From Parasphingorhabdus sp. (GTDB lineage: Bacteria; Pseudomonadota; Alphaproteobacteria; Sphingomonadales; Sphingomonadaceae), in NCBI RefSeq assembly GCF_048269865.1, contig NZ_JBLWUA010000009.1, positions 44,683 to 108,682 of the forward strand: a DNA stretch of 64,000 nt, written 5' to 3'. A program made the position numbers and the translations under genes. Each line of letters begins with the position of its first letter. Positions within the stretch are counted from its first letter, which is position 1. Shown one piece after another: positions 27,807 through 36,262 of this stretch. The notes beneath the pieces are model-generated. The model saw only the letters and a list, made by a program, of their open reading frames with translations, had not been told where the DNA came from and did not search any database.

Positions 27807-28379
27807 CTATCTGAACTCGTCTTTTGCATTGTACATCGCTGCATCGGCGCGAGACATCAGACCATCTTTCGTGTCCTGCGGACCAATGAAACAATAGCCG
27901 AATGAAGCACTCAGGGGCAAAGTGATGCCTGCATGGACAAGATTGGCCGATCCGAGCCGTGCGTTCAAAACGTCGATTTTGGCAACAACCTCATCGCCAT
28001 CCAGATGGTCGAGCAGCAATCCGAATTCGTCACCGCCGATCCGTGCCACCACATCTGTCGCTCTTGTATGGCTTTTCAAGATGTTTGCTAAACGGATCAG
28101 CAGCGCATCACCGGCAGCATGGCCGTGTTCATCGTTGACCGCTTTCAGCTTATCGACGTCAAGAAATACCAGGGCCGAATTGTCGCCATAGCGCCGACAT
28201 CGCTCAACGCGGTTCTCAAGGCTCTCGACAAAAAAGCGGCGATTTGAAAGTCCGGTAAGCACGTCATGATAAGCATGCTGCTTCATTTCAGCGAGATCCT
28301 CTTTCAGTGCAAATATTTCCCGCTCCAAGATAAGGCAGTTTGCACAATTATGATTATTGCTTGGCTGATGCTTTTGCAT
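27807..28379 (-). CDS. Minimal GGDEF diguanylate cyclase with a short N-terminal coiled-coil/CxxC leader
   Basis: 190 aa. NCANCLILEREIFALKEDLAEMK, then LTGLSNRRFF...FLDVDKLKAVNDEHGH..GD...RATDVVARIGGDEFGLL...ADAAMYNAK. Both the A-site and the RxxD I-site are intact. Confidence 0.8.
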   Translation of the reverse strand: MQKHQPSNNHNCANCLILEREIFALKEDLAEMKQHAYHDVLTGLSNRRFFVESLENRVERCRRYGDNSALVFLDVDKLKAVNDEHGHAAGDALLIRLANILKSHTRATDVVARIGGDEFGLLLDHLDGDEVVAKIDVLNARLGSANLVHAGITLPLSASFGYCFIGPQDTKDGLMSRADAAMYNAKDEFR

Positions 28380-28618
28380 TTTATTTGCGATTCCCGGTAG
28401 TGATGAGACCTATATTTGCATGTATTTCAAAGCACAACAGGGTTATCACATTATTTACGGCTTACTTGAGAAATGCTAGATCATTTGCTCTAAATTGGTA
28501 ACAATCCCGCCGACAACAACTTGCCGCGCGCTAATTTTCCCCCGCAATATGTGTCATTGCGTCGGCACCGATTCCCGACTAAACCGCATCGCTTCCGTAG
28601 CATTTGTCAGGGGTAAAA

Positions 28619-29107
28619 ATGGTCGAAGCACCTCCTCCGGTTGGAATCATCATGGGCAGCCAGTCCGACTGGGCAACGATGAAGCTTGCAAGCGATATCC
28701 TGCACGATCTGCAGGTCACGCATGAAGTGAAGATTGTCTCGGCCCATCGCACACCCGGCCGTCTCTATGACTATGCCAGCTCGGCAGCGGAACGCGGGCT
28801 CAAGGTGATTATTGCCGGTGCCGGCGGCGCCGCCCATCTTCCCGGCATGGCGGCATCGATGACCCGCATCCCCGTGCTCGGGGTTCCAATCCAGTCCAAA
28901 GCGCTGAGCGGCATCGACAGCCTGTTGTCGATCGCGCAGATGCCCGCGGGCATCCCGGTCGGGACGCTGGCGATCGGCGAAGCCGGTGCCAAAAATGCGG
29001 CGCTGCTGGCGACAGCGATACTCGCCAATTCTGACACGGCGCTGGCCGAGCGACTGGACACATGGCGCACGGCGCAGTCCGAATCCGTCGCGGAAGCGCC
29101 CGAATAA
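28619..29107 (+). CDS. purE: 5-(carboxyamino)imidazole ribonucleotide mutase
   Basis: [10 protein letters not shown]...VSAHRTP...[10 protein letters not shown] motifs. I prefer the ATG at 28619 over the TTG at 28604. Confidence 0.9.
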   Translation: MVEAPPPVGIIMGSQSDWATMKLASDILHDLQVTHEVKIVSAHRTPGRLYDYASSAAERGLKVIIAGAGGAAHLPGMAASMTRIPVLGVPIQSKALSGIDSLLSIAQMPAGIPVGTLAIGEAGAKNAALLATAILANSDTALAERLDTWRTAQSESVAEAPE

Positions 29108-29116
29108 CCCGCCATA

Positions 29117-30187
29117 ATGAAAACACTCTCACCAGGATCAACCATCGGAATATTGGGCGGCGGTCAGCTTGGCCGGATGCTCGCCGTGGCAGCGGCGCAA
29201 TTGGGTTATCGCTGTCATATTTATGCGCCGGAAAAAGAGAGCGTCGCTGCGAAAGTCGCGGCAGAATTTACCTGCGCGCAATATTATGATTCTGATGCGC
29301 TGATCCCCTTCGCCGAAGCCTGTGATGTGGTCAGCTATGAATTTGAAAATGTTCCCGTCGGACCGCTGGAGCTGATCAAGGATCAGGTATCCCTGTTTCC
29401 GCCGGCTTCGGCTCTCAACATTGCGCAAGATCGTGTCGAAGAAAAAAATTATGCCTTGGCGCAAGGCGGCTTGACCGCACCCTTTGCGATCGTGAATAAT
29501 CGCAATGAATTGGAGGCCGCACTCGACAAAACCGGTTATCCAGCGATCATCAAAACCATTCGCATGGGCTATGACGGCAAGGGACAGGCGCGCGTCAAGC
29601 AGGGCGACAATCTGTCTCAGCATTGGCATGATACCGGTCGAAAACCGGCGATAGCAGAGGGTTTTGTATCCTTCAGCCACGAATTTTCAGTTTTGCTGGT
29701 GCGCGGACAGGATGGCGAAATTCGCTATTGGGATACGCCGCATAATGTTCACGAGGATGGCATATTGGCGGTCTCAACTGCTCCTGCGCCGCAAACCATA
29801 TTGGATCAGAAAGACGCCGCTCGAGCACTTGCCAGCAAGATGGCCGATGCAATGGATTATGTTGGCGTACTGACCTGCGAATTTTTTGCGAGTGATGACG
29901 GCCCGGTATTCAACGAGATGGCCCCGCGCGTACACAATAGCGGACATTGGACCATCGAGGGTGCGGTCACCAGCCAATTTGAAAATCATATACGGGCGAT
30001 TTGTGGCCTGCCGCTGGGCGACACCAGCCTCGCCGCAAAAAAAGTTGTGATGCACAATCTTATCGGTGCCCAGGCCGACGACTGGCAGGCGCTGCTGCGC
30101 GACGGGTCCAACCACCTCCACCTCTATGGCAAGGGCGAGAGCCGGCCAGGCCGAAAAATGGGTCATGTCACCAAAACATATTTCTAA
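29117..30187 (+). CDS. purK: 5-(carboxyamino)imidazole ribonucleotide synthase
   Basis: ATP-grasp protein (GILGGGQLGRML...YDGKGQ...MAPRVHNSGHWT...GRKMGH) immediately after purE. Confidence 0.9.
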   Translation: MKTLSPGSTIGILGGGQLGRMLAVAAAQLGYRCHIYAPEKESVAAKVAAEFTCAQYYDSDALIPFAEACDVVSYEFENVPVGPLELIKDQVSLFPPASALNIAQDRVEEKNYALAQGGLTAPFAIVNNRNELEAALDKTGYPAIIKTIRMGYDGKGQARVKQGDNLSQHWHDTGRKPAIAEGFVSFSHEFSVLLVRGQDGEIRYWDTPHNVHEDGILAVSTAPAPQTILDQKDAARALASKMADAMDYVGVLTCEFFASDDGPVFNEMAPRVHNSGHWTIEGAVTSQFENHIRAICGLPLGDTSLAAKKVVMHNLIGAQADDWQALLRDGSNHLHLYGKGESRPGRKMGHVTKTYF

Positions 30188-30222
30188 TTTGCAGTCTGCC
30201 GGATCTGCGCTAGTCGTCGCGC

Positions 30223-30717
30223 ATGAACCATCCTGAAATCATCTTCTTTCTCGCGCGCGCCGACAATGGCGTGATCGGTGACGGCGACTCCATCCCCTGG
30301 CACCTCCCCGAGGATCAGCGGCGTTTCAAGCGCCTGACGATGGGCAAGCCGATGATCATGGGGCGCAAGACCTTCGACAGCCTGCCCGGTCTGCTGCCGG
30401 GTCGGCGCCACATCGTGCTCAGTCGTGACGATAGCTGGGAAGGCGATGGCGCCGACGTTGCAAGCAGCGTGGAAGACGCGCTGAAAATGGCCAATGCACC
30501 GCATATCGCGGTGATCGGGGGCGCGGAGATCTACAAGGCGTTTCTTAACAAGGCCGACAAGATCGAGCTGACCGAAGTGCATAGCGAACCGGTCGGCGAC
30601 ACCACCATGCCGGCCTTTGACAAGGCGGTCTGGCAGGAAGTTGCGCGCGAAGATCATGACCCGAAAAATGGCAAGCCGGGCTACAGCTTCGTAACGCTGA
30701 AACGGAGGCTGCCTTGA
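30223..30717 (+). CDS. folA: Dihydrofolate reductase
   Basis: 164 aa with ...DNGVIGDGDSIPWHLPEDQRRFKRLTMGKPMIMGRKTFDSL... motifs. Confidence 0.9.
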   Translation: MNHPEIIFFLARADNGVIGDGDSIPWHLPEDQRRFKRLTMGKPMIMGRKTFDSLPGLLPGRRHIVLSRDDSWEGDGADVASSVEDALKMANAPHIAVIGGAEIYKAFLNKADKIELTEVHSEPVGDTTMPAFDKAVWQEVAREDHDPKNGKPGYSFVTLKRRLP

Positions 30718-31973
30718 AGAAATTCATCCTGACATTGCTGGCTCTTGTTGTGATTGCGATCGCTGCCTTTCTGATCTTCGGGCCAGCCTGGTTCGAAAAG
30801 CAGACCAATATGGTCGACGGCAAGCCGCTCCCTGAGATTAGCGCCGAAGCGCAGAGGTTGCATGACAGTCTGATGATCGTCGATCTGCACGGCGATACAT
30901 TGCTGTGGAAGCGCAAGATTACCGACAGCGCCGACTATGGTCATATCGATCTCAAGCGCCTGGAGGAGGGCAATATCGGGCTGCAGATTTTTTCCAGTGT
31001 GACGAAGACCCCGAGAGGCCAGAATTACGACAGCAACAGCGCCGATACCGATAATATCACGTTGCTAGCGATCAGCCAGTTGCAGCCGATGCGGACCTGG
31101 TTCTCGCTGCTCGAACGCCAGCTCTATCATGCACAGAAGCTGGACCGGGCGGTAAAGGACAGCGCCGGGGCCTTGGCAAAAATCAGCAATGCCGCCGATG
31201 TTGATGGCCTCGTCGAATTCCGCGCCCGGACCGGGAAACCGATTGGCGTGATGTTCTCGGCCGAAGGGCTGCAGACGCTGGAAGGCAAGCGCGAAAATCT
31301 GCAGAAACTCTATGACTCGGGCATGCGGATGGCTGGTCTGGTACATTTTTTCGATAACGAGCTGGCCGGATCGATGCACGGCGAGAAAAAGGGCGGGCTG
31401 ACCAAATTCGGCCGGACCATCATCCGCGACATGGAGCAGAAAGGAATGATCGTCGATATTGCCCATTCCAGCCATGCGACCGTCGCCGATATCCTGAAAA
31501 TGGCCAAGCGTCCGGTGGTCTCCAGCCATGGCGGCGTGCAAGCGGTGTGCGGGGTCAATCGCAACCTCACCGATGCAGAAATCAAGGGCGTGGCGGCGAC
31601 CGGCGGCGTCATCGGGCTGGGCTATTGGGATGGCGCGATGTGCGATACCGATCCCAAGACCGTGGCCAAGGCAGTCAAACATGTCCGCGATCTGGTCGGC
31701 ATTGAGCATGTTGCGCTGGGCAGCGATTTTGATGGCGCGGTGACGACGCGATTCGACACCAGCGGCGTGGTCCAGATTACCCAGGCGCTGATGGATGCCG
31801 GATTCACCGAAGCGGAAATCCGAGCGGTGATGGGGCTCAATGCGTTGCGGGTGATCAAGGCAGGAATTGAGCCGCTGCCGAAAGCTGTCGTCGTGCCACA
31901 GGGTGCCGTCACACCGGAGACACCGCTGGTGGTCAAGCCCGGCACCGATGCCCGCGAACTGGTGACCGAGTAG
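30714..31973 (+). CDS. Membrane-anchored M19-family dipeptidase
   Basis: TTG start with GGAGG 7 nt upstream, overlapping the folA stop. N-terminal TM helix, then DLHGDTLLW, VDIAHSS, SSHGG and ALGSDFDG motifs. Confidence 0.8.
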   Translation: MKKFILTLLALVVIAIAAFLIFGPAWFEKQTNMVDGKPLPEISAEAQRLHDSLMIVDLHGDTLLWKRKITDSADYGHIDLKRLEEGNIGLQIFSSVTKTPRGQNYDSNSADTDNITLLAISQLQPMRTWFSLLERQLYHAQKLDRAVKDSAGALAKISNAADVDGLVEFRARTGKPIGVMFSAEGLQTLEGKRENLQKLYDSGMRMAGLVHFFDNELAGSMHGEKKGGLTKFGRTIIRDMEQKGMIVDIAHSSHATVADILKMAKRPVVSSHGGVQAVCGVNRNLTDAEIKGVAATGGVIGLGYWDGAMCDTDPKTVAKAVKHVRDLVGIEHVALGSDFDGAVTTRFDTSGVVQITQALMDAGFTEAEIRAVMGLNALRVIKAGIEPLPKAVVVPQGAVTPETPLVVKPGTDARELVTE

Positions 31974-32038
31974 AGGCCTATCTGCGCTGGCGCTACGAAC
32001 TGGTTGAATGAAATGCAAAAGCCCGCAATAGCGATCCG

Positions 32039-32962
32039 ATGATCAGACTGAATGGAAAAGACCGGATCGAAGGCGACCTGCGCGGGGCGATCATTGCGCT
32101 CGGCAATTTTGATGGCTTTCATTTCGGTCATCAGGCGGTTGCGGGCAAGGCGCTGAGCTGGGCGCGGGAGGAAGGTCGCCCGGCGATTATCGCGACGTTC
32201 GATCCGCATCCGGTGCGTTTTTTCAAGCCCGACCTGCCGCCCTTTCGGCTGACATCGCTGGACCAGCGGCAGCGGCTGTTCGCCGATGCCGGAGCCAGCG
32301 CAATGCTGGTGTTTGAATTTAATGCGGCGCTGGCGACTACGACGGCGGAAGATTTCATCACCGATCTGCTGATTGATCGCTTTGGCGCAGCGGGCGTGGT
32401 GACCGGAGCGGATTTCACCTTTGGCAAGAGCGCGCAGGGTAATATCGATCTGTTGCGAGAAGTCGGAGCGGCCCACGGAATGACCAGTGAAGCGGTCCGG
32501 CCGATCAGCGACAGCGATGACGTGATCTCTTCCAGCCGGATTCGCGCGGCACTGAAAGAAGGGCATTGCGAAGAAGCGAACCGGCTGCTCACCCGGCCTT
32601 TCGCGATCCGGGGCGAAGTCATCCATGGCGACAAAAATGGCCGTTTGCTCGGCTATCCGACAGCCAATGTCGATATTGGCCAATATCTGCGCCCGCATTA
32701 TGGCATATATGCCGTGAAGGGCCGCCTGCCCGATGGCCGGGTGCTGAATGGCGCGGCCAATCTGGGTGTCCGGCCGAGTTTTGATCCGCCGAAGGAATTG
32801 CTCGAGCCCTATTTCTTTGATTTTTCGGAAGATCTTTATGGGCAGACGATCGAGGTCGAGCTGCACCATTTTCTGCGCGGAGAGCAGAAGTTTGACGATC
32901 TGGAGGCGCTGAAGGTGCAGATGGAGCGGGATTGCGAGCGGGCGCGGCAACTATTGGACTAG
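32039..32962 (+). CDS. ribF: Bifunctional riboflavin kinase / FMN adenylyltransferase
   Basis: ALGNFDGFHFGHQ..., FDPHP..., GYPTAN..., GIYAV... motifs. 307 aa. Confidence 0.9.
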   Translation: MIRLNGKDRIEGDLRGAIIALGNFDGFHFGHQAVAGKALSWAREEGRPAIIATFDPHPVRFFKPDLPPFRLTSLDQRQRLFADAGASAMLVFEFNAALATTTAEDFITDLLIDRFGAAGVVTGADFTFGKSAQGNIDLLREVGAAHGMTSEAVRPISDSDDVISSSRIRAALKEGHCEEANRLLTRPFAIRGEVIHGDKNGRLLGYPTANVDIGQYLRPHYGIYAVKGRLPDGRVLNGAANLGVRPSFDPPKELLEPYFFDFSEDLYGQTIEVELHHFLRGEQKFDDLEALKVQMERDCERARQLLD

Positions 32963-32990
32963 CAATATCCGTTGGTGGTGAGCTGCGCTG

Positions 32991-33080
32991 CCGTTAGCCC
33001 TGAGCTTCTCGAAGGGCGCCTTGCGACGGGAGGCGTGGTTCGACAGGCTCACCACTAACGGTTTTGAAGCAACCCCCGTT
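32991..33080 (-). repeat. Two-module hairpin repeat element, an inverted copy of the element inside ileS
   Basis: GCCC-TGAGCTTCTCGAA-GGGC (32997-33017) and GTGG-TTCGACAGGCTCA-CCAC (33035-33055). The reverse complement of 32991-33061 aligns with 34611-34682: the first 30 nt are identical and the last 29 nt match 27/29 (hand alignment). Confidence 0.8.
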
Positions 33081-33148
33081 ATCAGGCCACTTCACCCCGT
33101 GAAATCCCGCTTGCACACGGGCCCCGCCTCCCCTAATCCCCGGCGATC

Positions 33149-36124
33149 ATGACCGACACCAAAGCAGATTACAAAGACACGGTTTTCCTGCCGAAAACCG
33201 ATTTCCCGATGAAAGCCGGCCTTGCCCAGAAGGAACCGGCGATTTTGGAACGCTGGCAGAGTATTGGGCTTTATGAAAAGCTGCGCGAGGCCCGGGCTGG
33301 CCGCGAGAAATTCATCCTGCATGACGGCCCGCCTTATGCCAATGGCAATATCCATATCGGCCACAGTCTCAACAAGACGCTGAAGGATCTGGTGGTTCGG
33401 TCGCAGAGCCTGCTCGGCAAGGATGCGCCCTATGTGCCGGGCTGGGATTGCCACGGGCTGCCGATCGAATGGAAGATCGAGGAACAATATCGCAAGAAGA
33501 AGCGCAACAAGGACGAGGTTCCGGCCAGCGAATTCCGCGCCGAATGTCGGACCTATGCCGACAAATGGGTCGACGTTCAGCGCGAGGAGTTCAAGCGCCT
33601 GGGCGTGATGGGCCAGTGGGACAAGCCCTATCTGACGATGGATTATGACGCCGAAGCGGCGATTGTCACCGAGCTATTGAAGTTCGCCGAAGCGGGCCAG
33701 CTCTATCGCGGCGCCAAGCCGGTGATGTGGTCGCCGGTGGAGAAGACCGCGCTGGCCGAGGCCGAGGTGGAATATGAGGATATCGTCTCGACGCAGATTG
33801 ACGTGGCGTTCGAGATTGTTGAAGCGCCGAATGCGCCGGAACTGGTTGGCGCCCACGCGGTAATCTGGACGACGACGCCTTGGACGATCCCTGTTAATCA
33901 GGCTTTGGCTTATGGGGCGGATGTTGATTATGTCTTGGTCGAAGTAACATCTGCTGACGAGTTTGTTGAAGATGGCGAAGATCCGATCTTTGAAAACCAT
34001 TGGGGTGCATATCTCATTGCTGAAGAGTTGATTCCGGAATTTGCACAACGAACGGCGAAAGGCTTTGGCGGAACCACTAATCTGGAGAATAAGTGGAAAG
34101 GCAAAGGCTCCCAGCTCGCCGGTGCCATCGCCAAACACCCGATGGCGAACAAATTCCCGGACAGCGAATTCTACACCAAGCCGCGCCCGTTTCTCGATGG
34201 CTCGCATTTCGTCACCACCGATGCGGGTACGGGGCTGGTCCATATGTCACCGGACCATGGCGAGGATGATTTCGATCTGTGCAAGAAAAACGGCATCAAC
34301 CCGGTGTTCGCGGTCGAGGCCGATGGCGTCTATCGCCAGGACTGGGAATGGCTGCCGCGCGGCGACGAGCGCTCCGGCGGGGTGATCAACAAGAATTTCA
34401 ACGGTCCACAAGGCCCGATCTGTTCGGATTTGCGCGAAGCGGGCGCGCTGCTCTCGGCCAGTGCCGATTTTACCCATAGCTATCCGCACAGCTGGCGGTC
34501 GAAGGCGAAGATCATCTATCGCTGCACGCCGCAATGGTTTGTGCCGATGGATAGACCTCTTCCCAAAGGCATCTCGACTTCGCTCGATGCGAACGGGGAT
34601 GGGGGCAAGACCGTTAGTGGTGAGCCTGTCGAACCACGCCTTTCGGACGAGAAGCGCCCTTCGACAAGCTCAGGGCTGACGGACTCCGCAACCCTCCGCG
34701 AAGTCGCGCTGGACGAAATCCGCAACAAGGTGCGCTTTGTGCCGGAACGAGGACGTCGTCGACTGGAATCGATGGTCGAGGGGCGACCCGACTGGGTGCT
34801 GTCGCGCCAGCGGGCCTGGGGCGTGCCGATTGCGCTTTATGTCGATCGCAAGAGCGGTGAATATCTCAATGATCCGGCGGTCAATGCGCGGATCATCGAA
34901 GCGTTCAAGACAGGCGGAGCCGATGCGTGGTTCAATGCCGATCATCAGGAATTTCTCGGCAACGCCTATGCGCTCGATGATTATGAAGTGATCACCGATA
35001 TTCTGGACGTCTGGTTCGACAGCGGCTGCACCCATGCCTTTGTGCTGGAGAGCGGCAAATGGCCGGAGCAGCGCAGCCCGGCGGATCTCTATCTGGAAGG
35101 CAGCGACCAGCATCGCGGCTGGTTCCAGTCGAGCCTGCTGGAGTCCTGCGGCACGCGGGGGCGGGCGCCTTACAAGGCGGTGCTGACCCACGGCATGACG
35201 CTCGACAAGACCGGCAAGAAAATGTCGAAGTCGCTCGGCAACACGCTCGATCCGAAGAAGATCATCGATGTGCAGGGCGCGGATATTTTGCGGCTGTGGG
35301 CGGCGAGTGTCGATTTTACCGAGGACCACCGGATCGGCGATGAAATCCTGAAAGGGGTTTCGGACAGCTACCGGAAGCTGCGCAATACGTTCCGCTATAT
35401 GCTCGGCGGGCTGGGTGATTTTACCGACGCCGAGCGGGTGGCTGTGGCCGATATGCCGGAGCTGGAACGCTATATCCTGCACCGGCTGGCCGAGGTCGAT
35501 GCGGAGCTGAAGCGCCATGTCAACGACTTCGCCTTCGGTCCCTATATGCGGGCGCTGAACGCCTTTGCGCAGGAAGACCTGAGCGCCTTCTTCTTCGATA
35601 TCCGCAAGGACTGCCTCTATTGCGATGCGGCGGATGATCCGAAGCGCATGGCGTACCGGACGGTGATGGATATCCTGTTCCACGCCCTCACCCGCTATAT
35701 CGCGCCGGTGCTGGTGTTTACCGCCGAGGAAATCTGGCAGAGCCGGTTCCCGGATGAGAATGACTCGATCCACTTGAAGGAATGGCCGGACGTTGACGCG
35801 GGCTGGACCGATGCCGATCTCGCTGGCAAATGGCAGAAAATTCGCGATGCGCGGGAAAAGGTCACCGAAGCGATCGAACCGTTGCGGCGGGAAAAGACGA
35901 TCCGGTCCAGTCTGGAAGCGGAAGTTGTCTATCCGATGGCCGACCTGCCGATCAGCACCGATGAATTTGCCGAGCTGGCGATTGTGGCGGATGTCACCGA
36001 TGGTGCCGAAATCACCGTGAGCAAGACCGATAATCACAAATGCGGTCGCTGCTGGCGGTTGCTGCCGGAAGTGGAAGAGGATGGAGCGTTGTGCGATCGT
36101 TGTACGGAGGTTTTGGCGGAATGA
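33149..36124 (+). CDS. ileS: Isoleucine--tRNA ligase
   Basis: HIGH (PYANGNIHIGH), KMSKS (KKMSKS), RPDWVLSRQRAWGVP and a C-terminal Cys cluster (CGRCWR...CDRC). 991 aa, including a repeat-derived insert at 34553-34693. Confidence 0.95.
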   Translation: MTDTKADYKDTVFLPKTDFPMKAGLAQKEPAILERWQSIGLYEKLREARAGREKFILHDGPPYANGNIHIGHSLNKTLKDLVVRSQSLLGKDAPYVPGWDCHGLPIEWKIEEQYRKKKRNKDEVPASEFRAECRTYADKWVDVQREEFKRLGVMGQWDKPYLTMDYDAEAAIVTELLKFAEAGQLYRGAKPVMWSPVEKTALAEAEVEYEDIVSTQIDVAFEIVEAPNAPELVGAHAVIWTTTPWTIPVNQALAYGADVDYVLVEVTSADEFVEDGEDPIFENHWGAYLIAEELIPEFAQRTAKGFGGTTNLENKWKGKGSQLAGAIAKHPMANKFPDSEFYTKPRPFLDGSHFVTTDAGTGLVHMSPDHGEDDFDLCKKNGINPVFAVEADGVYRQDWEWLPRGDERSGGVINKNFNGPQGPICSDLREAGALLSASADFTHSYPHSWRSKAKIIYRCTPQWFVPMDRPLPKGISTSLDANGDGGKTVSGEPVEPRLSDEKRPSTSSGLTDSATLREVALDEIRNKVRFVPERGRRRLESMVEGRPDWVLSRQRAWGVPIALYVDRKSGEYLNDPAVNARIIEAFKTGGADAWFNADHQEFLGNAYALDDYEVITDILDVWFDSGCTHAFVLESGKWPEQRSPADLYLEGSDQHRGWFQSSLLESCGTRGRAPYKAVLTHGMTLDKTGKKMSKSLGNTLDPKKIIDVQGADILRLWAASVDFTEDHRIGDEILKGVSDSYRKLRNTFRYMLGGLGDFTDAERVAVADMPELERYILHRLAEVDAELKRHVNDFAFGPYMRALNAFAQEDLSAFFFDIRKDCLYCDAADDPKRMAYRTVMDILFHALTRYIAPVLVFTAEEIWQSRFPDENDSIHLKEWPDVDAGWTDADLAGKWQKIRDAREKVTEAIEPLRREKTIRSSLEAEVVYPMADLPISTDEFAELAIVADVTDGAEITVSKTDNHKCGRCWRLLPEVEEDGALCDRCTEVLAE
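34569..34682 (+). repeat. Three-module hairpin repeat element embedded in frame in ileS
   Basis: GCATC-tcgacttcgctc-GATGC (34569-34590), GTGG-TGAGCCTGTCGAA-CCAC (34617-34637) and GCCC-TTCGACAAGCTCA-GGGC (34656-34676). See the copy at 32991-33080. Confidence 0.8.
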
Positions 36125-36140
36125 GTGATACGCACTCACT

Positions 36141-36220
36141 CGTCATCCTGAACTTGTTTCGGAATCCCGCCGGGCTTGGCGCTCTGTCGAGAGAGATCCT
36201 GAAACCAATTCAGGATGACG
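36141..36220. repeat. Palindromic MITE/REP-like element between ileS and lspA
   Basis: The arms CGTCATCCTGAACTTGTTTCGGAATC and GATCCTGAAACCAATTCAGGATGACG are about 26-nt imperfect inverted repeats around a roughly 28-nt centre. It may also act as the ileS terminator. Confidence 0.7.
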
Positions 36221-36262
36221 ACTTGCTGCTTCACGATGGCGCTGTTTGGAACGGATTTTGAT

